Of a stretch of DNA of 64,000 nucleotides, positions 49,282 through 62,240 are shown in pieces. Position 1 is the stretch's first letter. Each line of letters begins with the position of its first letter. The notes under the pieces are model-generated. The model ran no database searches and was not told the origin of the DNA. It saw only the letters and a program-made list of their open reading frames with translations. The stretch covers positions 2,356,001 through 2,420,000 of the forward strand of contig OU015568.1 of assembly GCA_907165135.1 (NCBI GenBank). Direction: 5' to 3'. This stretch comes from Oikopleura dioica. Lineage: Eukaryota; Animalia; Chordata. The position numbers and the translations under genes are program-made.

Positions 49282-52200
49282 GATTCTAAAATGAAAGGGT
49301 TAGATAAAATTCTGATGAGTCATTATCATAAAAATTTGGCAATCATCGTTTTCTCTTATTAAAATTAATAAAAACCTTGCTCAAGAATACCAACACTAGG
49401 CGTGCCCCCGTCCCACAAAATCACTCTTTAGCCGCTAGTTACAAATCTCTAGAATTTGTCGCCCAACAGAAAATTTGCAAAAAAAGGGTTTGATTTTGCC
49501 GCTTCAAGTCTTTCTGATTGTTGTGGGCGGCGCAAGAAAAAAGTGGTACTAAACGCGCTTGGGCTAATTTGACGCGTAATTTGGCGCCGCGAAATAGAAC
49601 ACGTAAAAAGATTTGAGGGATCAGAAGGAGCTGGCAGGGAAATGGGATGACTGTCTTGTTTTCAGCGGCTCTGAATTTTAAGACAATATGGAAAGCTGCA
49701 GGGCTGAATAAAATTGATAATGCAGCTTTGATTCAGGAGGTTTTCACAGAAACTAAGGATGGGTCAATGTTAACTGAAGGAATTTTTGATGCGTAAAAAT
49801 GCTTGAAAAAGTCGTTAATGAGTCATAAAGAAGACAGAAAATGCATAAACAAGAGGCGCAAAAGTGGCGTAGAGAAGCATCAAAGTACTGGTGCTGAATA
49901 GTCCTTTCCGAAATGAATTCCAAATTATGCTCATCCCCTTCCCGACTAATCATCCCCGGAGCCCATTCTCAAACAGGAAGTCGGGAACAAGGAGATCAGC
50001 TGATAGGCTTTCCCAAAAAGTTTAGGCGCTTTTTAAAGTTTAATTAAAATTTTAACCCCCTTGTGCGCAAGTGACATCTTTGAAGCACATTTTTTCGTCA
50101 ACAATGCACAAATAAAAGAGCAATTTTTGGACGACCATAAAATTGGAAAAATAAAAATCTCATATCCCGCTCGATAAAAAGCGCCCAAGCTGCCATCTGG
50201 AGCGCGATATGAGCTCAAATCTGCTCCTTCTCTTATCTTTAGCAGTTTTATTCTTTATCGCCTGTTTTGTTTCGTTTCCCCTTTCTCCAAGGTCTTCAAG
50301 AATCGAGAAGTCTAAGGAGCAATTGAAGCATAAGGTCATGTTTGGATTCAGTATGATTTAGTGTGTAGCCGAGCGTTGTGTGATAACCCGCTCAAGTAGG
50401 GGCCAAGGAGCTCTTCTAGCAGTCTCACGAGAGATTAATCTGCCCCTCCTTCCTGAACCAGAACAAAGAATATTTACTGTTTCAGATTCTGACTCGGTTT
50501 TCTACGCATATTTCTTTCCCCTCCGCTTATTTTGCCAAAGTTATTTCTTCAGGAAATCGATAAGACCCTTAAATTAGTACCCCGCCGCCGATTTAACCCC
50601 ATTTAGCCCCGTAATCAGTCAAAAGATGGGTTTAATGACCCGCCGAGTTGTCGAAAATCAACAATTTTTTCAACACTTTGAGGCAGGTGCATCTTTTTTG
50701 ATCCTATTTTCGGGGCGCGAAAATCGCAGCGATCTTGAAATCGGATAAGCCGCTAGAATTAAGGAGGCTCCGAATTTGACCTCTTGAACCCCTTGCTTTG
50801 GATCAAGAGGATTCCACAAGCCACTTGATTCGAATGATTTATACAGCGGATATTGAAGCACCGGAGCTCTAGAATCTCGACCGAAAAGAGAAGAAGCTCG
50901 GATTAGAAAGGATAAATATGGCATAAGATAAGTAACTAAACCAGCAGATGTCCGGTCACACTTCGCCAAGTTAAGTAGGCAAATATTTAGGGAAGGTCAC
51001 GTGAGCCGAGGAAATTCCGAAAGGGAGAAAATTAAGGGCATCAGCTCAAAGAAGGCTTTCACAAATTCAAGTGTCTACCCATTGTTCAAAAAAAAAGAAG
51101 TCAAGAATATGAAAAAGGCCTTCTGAGAATTAAGGCTTTCCCAATCGATAACCCTAAATACTTTCAAATATGTATCGAGCCCCCCTTAATCCCTCCATGG
51201 GAACCTTGCCCGATAAAAGTAACCAGTAGGGGTCTGCTAATGCTCTTAGGTTAATTTCATCCATGGAAGCCAAATTCTCCACGAGAGCTCTGGTTTTCCA
51301 TTCGAGTAACTTTGACTCAATTGACAAAACAGTCAAGAAAAAAAAGCTTGCCAGAAAACGTGTTTCCAAAATAACAACTCTTGTTGAATGGAAAGTAAAA
51401 ACAGTGTTTGAAGCAATTGAGAGGGGTATTTTAGGAAAAATTTGTAAAATACATAAACACTTGTCGGCAAACACTGATTTTTGTCGACTGTTTTGGCTTA
51501 ATTTGATAAGTTTTGTTTGAGATTTTTTAGAGGAGGAGCCCTTAAATCAAATGCCTGCCAGATTCGAGCGATAGTCAATGGTATCCCCTTAAAATGATGA
51601 TGTTCAATTATGAGTTGAGCGGAAGGCCGACCCTTAATATTCATTTCCTGAGCATAAATATTCGGGAAGCGATTTTAATAGTATATAAATCTTTTTAATT
51701 ACTCGTCGTTCTGCTCGAGATCAGACGCGTTTGTGAAGTGGAACGGGAATGAAGAAAACTCGACCGCCATTATTTACGCTCGTGCTACAAATTGCGGCCA
51801 GATACATGCATTTCTGACACCCACTTGAATTCTTCTCGTTCCGCGATTCTCCCCGTTTATAATTTATATTTTCGGAATATATACAAACCCGGCATGATCC
51901 GAAGCTCTGATTATAAATAACCCCGTATTAAAGTACCCCCGCCCTAATTCTTGGCCGAAAAAGATCAATCTAAATTTGGAACCGAAAAAGGCGAATTTTC
52001 CTCGGATTTCCGCGCCTGTCGAAAATAGATAAACCCAGGTCGTGAACCTCAAATTTGACTGATCACGTGGGAAGGAGAAGATCACGGGTGGATACCCTTA
52101 CTGCTCGCTGGATGAGATGATATGGATTGGGAAGCACTGAGCGGGTCTGAGAGGGAGGAACTTGGACCTTGTTTGGATTACAAAGAGGGATTCTATTTTC

Positions 52201-54706
52201 AGTTATAAATGGCTTTTTGAGAGGATTCCAAAATAATTTTCAGAGGAAAATGAACAAAATAATTGCAAGGGTCCTTCATCATAAGATTTACGGTATCAAC
52301 TTATTTGAAAAATATTCAGATTATTTTTTATTTAATTCTCTTTCAATTACCTTTACTGAAGTTTTCTGATGATCTCTTTTAGTATTTTTTGACGTGTTTT
52401 TGATAAATCTCTCTTTGAAACTAATTCGTGTTCTATAAAAAATAAATCCCGTTAGAACAATATTTCAGGTCGTTGCCGCTATCCGTATGTTTAGCGCAGC
52501 GCATAAGCGGGATGGCGCGGCGGTGGCGCATCCGCGCGGCGCACTCACGCGCCATCCACTCCTCCGATTTTCCGCCGCAGCTGGAAGCGAAACTGATCTC
52601 GGTTAGAATCAGTGTTCTTGGGCAATATGGCAGATAATTTGTACATTTCCGGCGACAGAGGGGGACCTTTTAACCGACGGGACTTATCCGTTGCAAATTG
52701 GCAATGAAAGGGGGAAAGTTAACGGCAAAGTTAAGGGGAATGTCACCGGAAGTCGATAAAAAGACCATATGAATCTAAAGGGGTTAACTTCAATTCAAGG
52801 GAGTTAAGATCTTTTACTTCGATCTCCAACAAACATTTTCATGGAAGATATTCCGGGCGAAGGTTAATGTAGTGTAAACAGTACAGAAGCCCCTTATTAA
52901 CCCATATTAATCTCCGCTTAATTCCCTTAAAAACACGCTCTTGGTGCTCGTGCTCTTGAGAACCAGTTTGCCCAGCGGATCAATTAGCATTTTCGCGCTC
53001 AGGGGCGATATAAAGGTTTATAATTCGTGCATATAGACTCTATTTCCTTCATTTACCTCTTTTCTGTATTTTCTCTTTTCTTTGCCTCCAATTTTCGGTA
53101 TTTTTGACGAGTGTGAGTCTTTTAGCCCATTCATGCAGAAAATAATTGCAACAAGTTACGATCGCGGGGAGTAATTACCATCTACGCGCGGCGGAAACTT
53201 GGATACTGCCAAGTTAAAGTTAAGACAAGCCGGCTCAAAGGTTAAGGGTCTATCGCTGGAGAGTTTGATTTATTATCGAAAATGACTTTAGCTTTTTTAA
53301 GCGAATTTTCTATTGAAATTCTTGGTTTAAAAATAAGGGGGTCACAAAGATAACTCTAACACTAGAGCGGCTCAAAATTAAACAATCCATATTTTAATTG
53401 ATGATAATAAAACCACTTGAGAATTACAATTTTAAAGCCACCCAAGTAGGAGAAGCAAATATGCGCAAAACAGGGCGGCTCCTCTTGGAGTCTCGATTAT
53501 AAATCAATTTCAAAATCGCGACTTCGCAACTTCCAAAACTGGAGCGCTCAAACATTTCCTGCAGCGCGAGGTGTTATCTTTTATTAACGACCTGAATTTG
53601 AAGAAGCGTTTTCTTGATGGATGGTATTTTGTTGAATAGGAAAAAAATGCAGGCACGGTACTTGAAATTCGTGTTGAGGGATGAATGAGCAACTAAGAGC
53701 ACGTGAGCATTGTCCAGCGTTTTTCTTGTTTTCAGTTCGACCGACGTGGCCAACTAGCAAACAAGTTTTATAAACAAGCCTTACAAAGCTCTTTTAATTT
53801 CAAAAAATAGTACCAGCGAATAAATACCAGCATCAAGGGCCTTGATTCAAGGCTTGAAGAGGTTAGCTGATATTGAAGATAGCAAATTTTATTGAAGAAA
53901 AATGAGCATTGAAGGGCTTTTTTTTATCAGAAAATCACATTTTCAATTAAAAAAAGAAAAAGATGGATTAAAATAATTAAAATTTTCAAAAACCATTTTT
54001 TCTCCAAATTGATTTTCCAAGGAGTAATTTTCGGCTCTCTTTGTTTCCGCCGGGTCGGGTAATTAGGTTCCTTTCGGCTGTGTAAATGTGACGCGTTGAG
54101 TGGTGTAATTTGGCGCGATTTTGGTGCGCCAAACAAGCTTCGCAGAAGTACTCAAAATTCCAAACTTATCGACTTTGAAGAAAAAATCGACTGCCGACTT
54201 AGATAAGCTCTAGAATTGCTTGAGAACGAAGCACTGCTTTCGCTTCTGAGTAGTATTTTTCGCCACGCTTTTTGATTTCTTGACCCTCTTGCGTCCAAAA
54301 ATCCCGGATTATCCGACCACACGGAATCATGTATGAGCGCAGCTGAGGTAGGCTTAAACGCGTCTGAAGAACGCGGCCGTCTGTATGACCTGAATACAGC
54401 TAGAAATATTTTTCCAATTGATTTGAGGAAATTGATCAATTGGATAATGCCAAATCCCCGACGCTTCTGTCCAAACACAAGTTCCACTTGAGCTCTTCTA
54501 TTCAAGAAGGCATGCGCGAGCCAGCTGCGGCCTGGCTTCGATTAGCAACTATTCCAATCCTCTTCTACTTTACCCGCCCTTGAGTAACAATGACTGACCT
54601 GCCACACCGGTATTTATCTGAGCTGCAACAAATTCAATTGTCGAAAAACTTATTCTCAAGCCTTTTTGCGTAGAAAAGCAGCATTAATCCAGAGAGCTCA
54701 GAAATT

Positions 54707-57700
54707 TTATTTCGTAAGAATTATGGAATAAGCTTGAGGAAGTAGGTACCACTGGTCATAGTCCATATTTCCACATTCTTCATTGGCAAGATGAAGAAAT
54801 TCTCCATTGGGTCCGTGGTAATCATAACCTGGGGTCGGCAACTCGACAACTCAAAAACTCGACAGTCGAGTTGTCGAGTCGAGTCGAGTTGAGTTTTTTA
54901 TAACTCGACTCGACTCGACAGTCAATTTTAGTGTCGAGTTGCCGACCCCAGATCATAACGACCATAGGCTTGCAAGCAATCGTCCATCAGATTTTTATCC
55001 GCGTAGTAGCGATTCTGAACGAAGATCCGAAGTTGAGAATCTTCTTTCTTTGAAGAATGGTAGTGGAGAGTATTTTGAAGAATGTATTCGTCCCCTTCAA
55101 CACGGTCGAGAATCATTTGGTGAAAGAAGACGTCTTCGTCTTTCTTCCAATATGCACCGGTTACTGTAAGAGGTCTGGTGAATTTGAAGTTATTGTGAAG
55201 AAGAACTAAAGCAAATATATGACGATTGTAGCTTGAAGTTAACTTACCTTGATGATAATCAAACTTCGCCTTTCCAAAGTAAAAACGTTTGATCGTTTCC
55301 CAGCCGCTTGGTTTCAAAAAGGTTTTGCATTTCATGCTTTTTAACAGCATTTCAATATCGTTTTCTTGAAATAATTTTTCCTTGTTGTTGGGATTGAGAT
55401 TGAGCCCAGCCAAACTTCGAGGATAAATGATCATAATGATTGGAATAAAGATATTCTCAAAGATGAACATTGTATCATACAGCTCAGCTTCAACCTTCAG
55501 GTCATTCTTCAACGCCCATCTAAGAAGAACACTGACAGAAATCGGTACACAAAGATTGGTGTCTTTCTGGTTAGGCACATTCGTTGTGAGATTCTGAAAA
55601 TTGATATTCATCTGTTTCGTCATTTTTTCTTTGATATAAGCGACAACCGAGGACTTCGTCAAATTTTCATCGTCGAGGCATAAATTTGGCGCTACGTTCT
55701 TCAAAGAGATGATTTTTGATAGTTTCTGTATTTGATCCATTTTCGGCTTATTATTCGAGAGCCACTCATCATTGGAAATCTTTGATTGAATATCAGTTAA
55801 ATTTGGAGCTTTATTTTGTTCGAATTACCTTCAGCTCATTTTTGATTTGCTCTCTTTCATTGTCATCTATCGGTTTGAAAAAAAGAGTCCATGCAGTCAC
55901 CCAATCGCACAAAATAAAGATGTAAATACTGCTGATGGCAACCACCATAGAATTAGCTCCTCCTCTGAGAAGCTGATCAACACCCGAAAAACCAGCAGAG
56001 CCAGCAACTTTAAATAAAATTGAATCTTCCTTAATGAGAAAAATTACAAAGAGATGTCGGGCTTCTGAATTTGCTTCCATGTCTTGCGTATCCCATCTTT
56101 CTGAAACTTTTCCTTTCAGTAAGCTGATAAGTGATGCCGAAGTCGATCCACTTGGCCTGTTCTTGATTGGCTTCTTTCTTCAACAGGATGTTGTCTGGTT
56201 TTGGGTCGTAGTGCGAAATTCCGATTCTGGACAAATATTCTTCTCCGTTTTTGACTCCCATCGCTATAGCCTTCCTTTCTCCTAAATCAAGATTCCCCTC
56301 TTTCAGCTTTTGCCTTAAGGATATAGCCTATGAAATTGAACTTTCATAGCGCCTAAATGCGACGTCGGATCATTTTATTTTGAAAACAATCCTATCTAAA
56401 AATGTATGCAGAACTCGATTCTGGTACTTGTTTAAAAATTTTCATTAAAATTTTTCTCTGTAGAGCGTTTTAAAATCTTACGATCGCGATTTCTCGAAAT
56501 ATTTACATTAAATCGGTCGAGTTTTTTTTGATAAAAAAGTAATCTAGACCCTTATCTACAAAATTATGGGTTCGGTTTTCTCTTACCCTGACAAAAACCG
56601 ATTTTAGAGCCATTTCCATGAGGCTTCCTCAGCGCATGAATAGTGTAAAAAGCGCTGCGCTGGGTGCTCAATCTCTCGACTCCTCTTTCCCGAGAGAGTC
56701 TTCGCGTTTAAAAGTGCGCTCTGATTGGCTAGACCGAAAAAAGCGCGCATGGAAGAAAAACAGGAGCAAGAAAGAGGAAAACACTAGAATGAAAATTTGG
56801 CCGAGTTCGAAAAATTTTCAGCCACAATATTTTAGTTAAGCATTTTGCTAATGCAGTCATTGGTTTAGTTTTAGCGATTTAATGTAAAAATTTCGAGAAA
56901 TCGCGATCGTAAGATTTCAAAACGCTATACAGAGAAAAATTCTGATGAAAATTTTTAAGAAAGTACCAGAATCGATTTCTGCATACATTTTTAGGTAGGA
57001 TTGTTTTTGAAATAAAATGATCCGACGTCGCATTTAGGCGCTATGAAAGTTCAATTTCATAGGCTATATGATATAGCCTATATCCTTAAACTAAATTCGC
57101 AGAATTCCATTATTGTGATCCACCCAAGACAGTCGTACTCTTCGTTGTTTTTATCAGAGAATAGCTCGACATTCGCAAAATTTTTAACGATATTATCATT
57201 GAAAGGTATTGTTTCGTTCTCATCGTCCCTGGATTCAGCGATATCGTAGTCTAAAATCTATCAATACTAGAAGATAAATACATGATTACCTTTCGATAAA
57301 TGAATTTTAAAGTCAAGCTCATTCTTATTTTGAGTAAAAATGGCTGAATCAAAAAGTTGAACGCGAACGGCCACTTCAAGGTCATCAAATTTTTCCTTCA
57401 AAACGATTGCTTCTCCTCCTGATGAAATCATGCACAGAGAAGAATCAAGGGACCATTGTCCATTTTCTTCTTTCAACTCGGATCGCTGTATTTTCTTGCC
57501 TTCAAAATCTATATTCGCGTCTAAAATTTTTCTCTGGAAAGGGCTGATTTTCCACGTTTTTGTTGCATTTTCGCCATATCTATCGTAGGTAATCTTTCCT
57601 TCTCCGTTTTCAAAAATGACCTCAGTCCATACAGCACAATTTTGATCCTCGAAATCCGTTCTCTCAACTGACAAAATTAATCTATCCAAATCGCCTCTAG

Positions 57701-57792
57701 TAGTTTCTCTACTCAATTTTTTCAGAAAAACTCTCCAGCCATATCGTCACCTTATCTCTTGTCAATTCTTCTGGATGGCTCAAAACTTTCAT
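54707..57792 (-). CDS. Atypical protein kinase fused to a papain-like cysteine-protease domain; interrupted by two MITEs and one homopolymer frameshift (gene or pseudogene)
   Basis: Kinase: SSGGEAIV, VAVR, IMEFCEFSL, HYDPKPDNILL, WIDFG. C-terminal domain: NQKDTNLCVP...FHQMILDRVE...YILQNT. An extra A at about 57717-57722 breaks the 5' frame. Confidence 0.7.
54829..54951. mobile_element. hAT-type MITE (123 bp) inserted in a coding exon
   Basis: 20-bp TIR CTGGGGTCGGCAACTCGACA, 8-bp TSD ATCATAAC (54821-54828, 54952-54959), and internal CTCGA/TCGAG pentamer repeats. Confidence 0.92.
56319..57085. mobile_element. TTAA-targeting MITE with GG termini (Kolobok-like), 767 bp, inserted in a kinase coding exon
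   Basis: About 185-bp imperfect TIRs (GGATATAGCCTATGAAATTGAACTTTCATAGCGCC...) and TTAA TSDs at 56315-56318 and 57086-57089. Confidence 0.9.
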
Positions 57793-58020
57793 TTTACGAA
57801 ATTATTTGCTATGCTTCTTTTGAAAAATGAGTGGAGATGGAATCGAACAGTCTTGTGCACAAAAGCAAATTGGTCTTTTTGAAGAACAAACAACGAGGCT
57901 TTGGATAAGAAAATTATGAATAACTCTTCTCAGAATAGAATACCAATTAACAAATCATTTAAACTTGATTGTATTACGAATGAGAGCATTTATATGCGGC
58001 AAATAAAACTGTTAGTTTAA

Positions 58021-58339
58021 CTAGAAAGTCGATTTTTTCTCCATGAAATTGCCAAGAAAGCCGAGCATCTTCGAGTGTTCATCATTTTCAGTGTGTTTGG
58101 GATTTTCTTCCTTGATCCAGCTCATCATGTAATGCTCACAAATGCCCTCCAAAGCTTCCATCGAAAGATCAAGGTGCCTGTATTTCCCACTCTTCAATCC
58201 AAACAAAAGTTCTAAAAATCTCTGTTTAGAGTTTTATAAAAAAAAACTCACTTTTAAAGCAGCTGGTGTAAGCTTCGTGTAAGGCATAGAGACTTACAAA
58301 AGCATTCGAAATTGCGAAAAATAAGTACACAATTTTCAT
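58021..58339 (-). CDS. Small hypothetical, possibly secreted protein
   Basis: Hydrophobic start MKIVYLFFAISNAF, then a GT donor and a downstream ORF ELLFGLKSG...KKSTF*. Confidence 0.3.
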
Positions 58340-58688
58340 TTGTCTATCTGACTTTGGCGAAGATGTAACCATCCAAGTAGCTTTTTATTCGCAAGAATCA
58401 AGAATTCATGCGGGTCATCCCTCACTGCCACGTCCAAATCAACCAGAATCACAGATTTTTGTGGTTTAAGGAGTCACTGTTTCAAGTCATCGTGCTTTTT
58501 TTCAAATCAAGAGGCTAAATTGTCTTTCGTCATTATAATGACCCCGTTTGAGGAAAATCTCTTCTATGATTTCTAAACATAAATCACTTCAGAATATTTT
58601 CAAAATACAATAAATTTATTTAATCTTTCGAAAAATTGAGAGAGAGCTCTTTCTGTTTTTCATTCCGATCTTTGCTATTTGCAAAGTC

Positions 58689-59734
58689 ATGAGTATTTTA
58701 CAAGCAGCTTCACGATTCTCTTGTCAAACACTCGGTTTCAGAGAATTTTTTTTTCGAAAAGAGAAAATGCTCAAAAAAGACAAGGGTTATCGACAAGCAG
58801 CTTTATTGGAAGAAGTCGCTAGAAATTTATACAAAGTCCCGTTCCCGCTTCAACGAAAATTGCCGATTCTCGGGTGGTTCCTTGTTTTTGGAAATACGAT
58901 TTTATTGTTTTACTTGACCATTTATCCGGGATGGAAAATTGCCGATCAAAGCGGAAATGCTGCGAATACAAAAGGAACTTGATAAAAATGGACAACATAA
59001 AAGATCTCGAAAATCGGTGTTCTTGAATGATTAATTTTGAAAAATTGTGTTTTTTTATCAAAAACAGGAATGATGTCATTCGACGGACTGTGGAACCGAT
59101 GCATGAAGCCAAATCCAATGCGTTTTCAATGCGATTTCTATCAAAAATCCATTCTTGGAATTCCAACAAATCTTGCCGTCATGAGAAGTCTCATGTGCCT
59201 CGCCCTCGCATTCAGGTATCTTCCCCTCTCTTCCTTGATTTCCATTTTCTAGTCTCCTCTCAATTTATCCCGCGCTCCTCTCCCTCGATTGTATCAATAT
59301 GCCGGGAATCAGCCGCTACGGGAAGTCAATCCTTGGCCTTCTCACTGCAGCACTTCAATTTCTCGCCGGAGTTTTGACCACAATAGTGACCTGCATTTTC
59401 ACATCAGAAATCGCCTTCGACTACAAGTACAACAAGTATCCTAATCAGCGATTTGTCTACACGCTTGGGCCGAATGTCTTTGCTGGTTTCTTTACCGTCA
59501 TCTTTCTTTGGGTAAGTTAGAGAGTTAGATCCATAGTTCGATAATAAGTTCTAGCTGAATACAATCATCTTCATAATTTCCGACTGGCGACGATGCTGTG
59601 CCCACTGCGCAAACAAAGACGAAGAGGACGAGCATTACGAAGCTCTAGAAGATGATCAATTCGAAGTCCTAAGAGACGAAGCGATCAGGAATCGAACAAT
59701 CCCGAAGAATTCTGAAGTCAATAATTATATATAA
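58689..59734 (+). CDS. Claudin-like four-TM protein
   Basis: TM1...GW, ECL1 signature GLWNRC...QCDFYQKSIL, further TM segments, and C-terminus NNYI* (PDZ-ligand-like). The start codon may be 58767. Confidence 0.8.
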
Positions 59735-60895
59735 AACAATGTTTCTTACAAAACAAATCTTCTCCAAAAATACAGTCAATCAGAAATATAACGCCATATG
59801 TGACACATGTGACATGTCCAATACTGTTTGATATACCCGCTTGATTTTCGTCTATCAGTCCAGATTTATATCGGGTCTTATAGGATTACGTAACATGCAT
59901 TTCAAGGGTCTTCAGCTTCGCGGGGGTCAAAATTAAGCCGATTTGATAGCAAGGAAGACAAAAAATCGATCTTGCAATTTTTTCACGGAAAACTGGAAAC
60001 GATGCGCTGGTAATAAAGCGAGTTTACTACATCCATACTGAATGCCAACAACGGGATGCGGAAAGTGCAACTTGCCTTTTGCCGTGCCCAGCATAATTAC
60101 CCCCTTCGCGAAATTAGCGCTTGGCAGGCTCTTTACCGTCCGTCGTAGAAATTTGAAATTGCTTCCATGGATTTGACAGATGGTGACTTTTCTATAACTC
60201 GTAAAGGGGGAAAATATTAACAGCAATTGCTGGAAGCGGTTCGGAACATGAAACACCCATACATTGTATTGTCTGCATTTTATCACAATTATTAGCCGAA
60301 ACTGAATCACTCGGCTCTGTTGATATGAATGTTAAGGTTTCCCTATTTTTATGGCTCTTTTATCCACAAAAGTATCTATCTTAAATACAGAATTTTTTTT
60401 ACAAAATGAAAGAAAATGCAAATTACACAAACGAGATCCTCCCGGATTTTCTCCTCAATAGAAGTTCTTTTTTGAAGTTTTCTTTTCGCTGCCTTTGGAA
60501 GCGCGCGAAAAGATCCCTTTTGAAATTCGGTCACCTTTAGCGATCATTTCATCCGCCGCATGAAAGTGAATGCTGCTGTTTTGTACTTTCTTTTTCCAAA
60601 ACTGCATTATTGAAACGAAAAAGGCTTTGGAATTTCTGCTTCTGGTCAAATTTTCACGGTGGCTCATTTGTGGCGCTGCTAATGGCCCGGGCAGAGAGGA
60701 GACTCGGTTCCGGCTAATTATCCCGATTCGCCAATTAATTCACAATCTAAATGATTTTTAAATTGAGCCACATCAGACGGCGAAAAAGACAAGGACGACG
60801 GACTTGTTTTTCGACTTCCATCATCAAGAAACTACCAGCTAAGCATTTCTTGATGTTTGCATGAAAAGAGGCAAATATTTTTGAGAAATCATATT

Positions 60896-62240
60896 TTATT
60901 GAAAAGAGACTTCAGAGTTCTCTTGTGACGGTTCTTCTTGATTCTCTGTACGAAGCTCTTCCAAGATTTTTGTACGCTTCCTTTGCTGCAGCAGATCTTC
61001 TTCCTTCTTTTCCACGGGTATTGAAATATCGGTCGAAGGCTTGTCGTTTTCGGAAATTAGCAACGCATTTCTGTCGAATTTCAAGTCGTGCAGCAAGAGT
61101 AGGAATCTTCTTGAATACCACAGTTTTCAGAAAGCAAAATGTAGCGAGCGCCGCGTGAAGCAATGGGTATATCAATGTAAAGACGAACAGCCTGACCAAG
61201 GAGCTCGCTGGATGAGTTAGAGGCACACTAAAATTTTAGGTGGTCATCTCGAGAAAACTGTCTTACGCTAGAGCTTGAGGAAGTTCTTTTCTTGATCGGC
61301 CATTTATGATCGCAAGACTTGACAAATTTCCAGCAATGATTGGTCCCCAAAATCCAGCGTAAAAAACTAGAATATCATGTTACGTATAGCTACAGTAGCT
61401 GATTTTCTAGAGCTATGAATGACTTACCAGTCGTATCGAACCAAAGCAACTCGACAAGCATAAAAAGAATCGGAGCAAATTCTTTGTTGAAAATGACGAT
61501 CGGATTCAAAATGGGAAGCGGTCGAGGCATGTCTCGGTAGCGAAGTCCAGCACCAAAGCACTTTGTCCACCAAAATATCCCGACAAGAAGGTCCATTGCT
61601 GTCTAAAGCGAAATAAATGACGGCAACGACGTAAAAAGTTACCGTGACGTTGAACAAAAACGACAAAAATTTATTGATCATTTGAGCTTTTTTTCCAAAT
61701 CCGTCGACGATGAGTTCTCGATTGAAATTGATGTAAATAGTAAGGGATACAACTACGCGAAATGTGAGTCCTTCAGTTGAAAGAAAAAACATTTACCTGT
61801 TGGATAATACAAGCCAGCAACGATAACTCTAATTCCTTCCCATTCCAAAGTAGCATAAGTTAGGAAAAGCGACCAAATAGCAACAATCAATCGCATGACA
61901 ATGTAAACTCTATCGTTCGTAATGAGAACGGAGGAGACAAAGTTAATCGTAGGTTCTTGGCCAAGTTTGCAAGCTTGAGCGTATGTTTCCAGTTTTGACA
62001 AGGGAGCTTCTCCAATCAATTTCAACGGACTAATCCTTCTTCGTACCAGCCATGTGAAGAAGTAGTTAGCGATCGCAAGAATTATCAGAGAAATGACCAC
62101 TTAATAATTATCAGTTAAACTTATATTTGAAAATGATATTCACGGATTGACAAAACGGTGTACCATCGATCAAGAACTTCCGTATTCAGTCCCTTGTCGA
62201 GCCAGTAATCGGGGATGGTCTCGTTCCCGCTGCGGTCCAT
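60896..62240 (-). CDS. Multi-pass membrane protein, possibly a divergent 7TM receptor
   Basis: Short N-terminus with an N-E-T glycosylation site and six to seven hydrophobic segments across spliced exons. The frame is ambiguous in two places. Confidence 0.5.

Noticed and set aside
50500-53400. Cluster of TTAAGG/CCTTAA motifs, e.g. a possible ~200-bp element at about 52725-52930
   Set aside because: Inverted ends match for only about 6 bp, so no element can be delimited.
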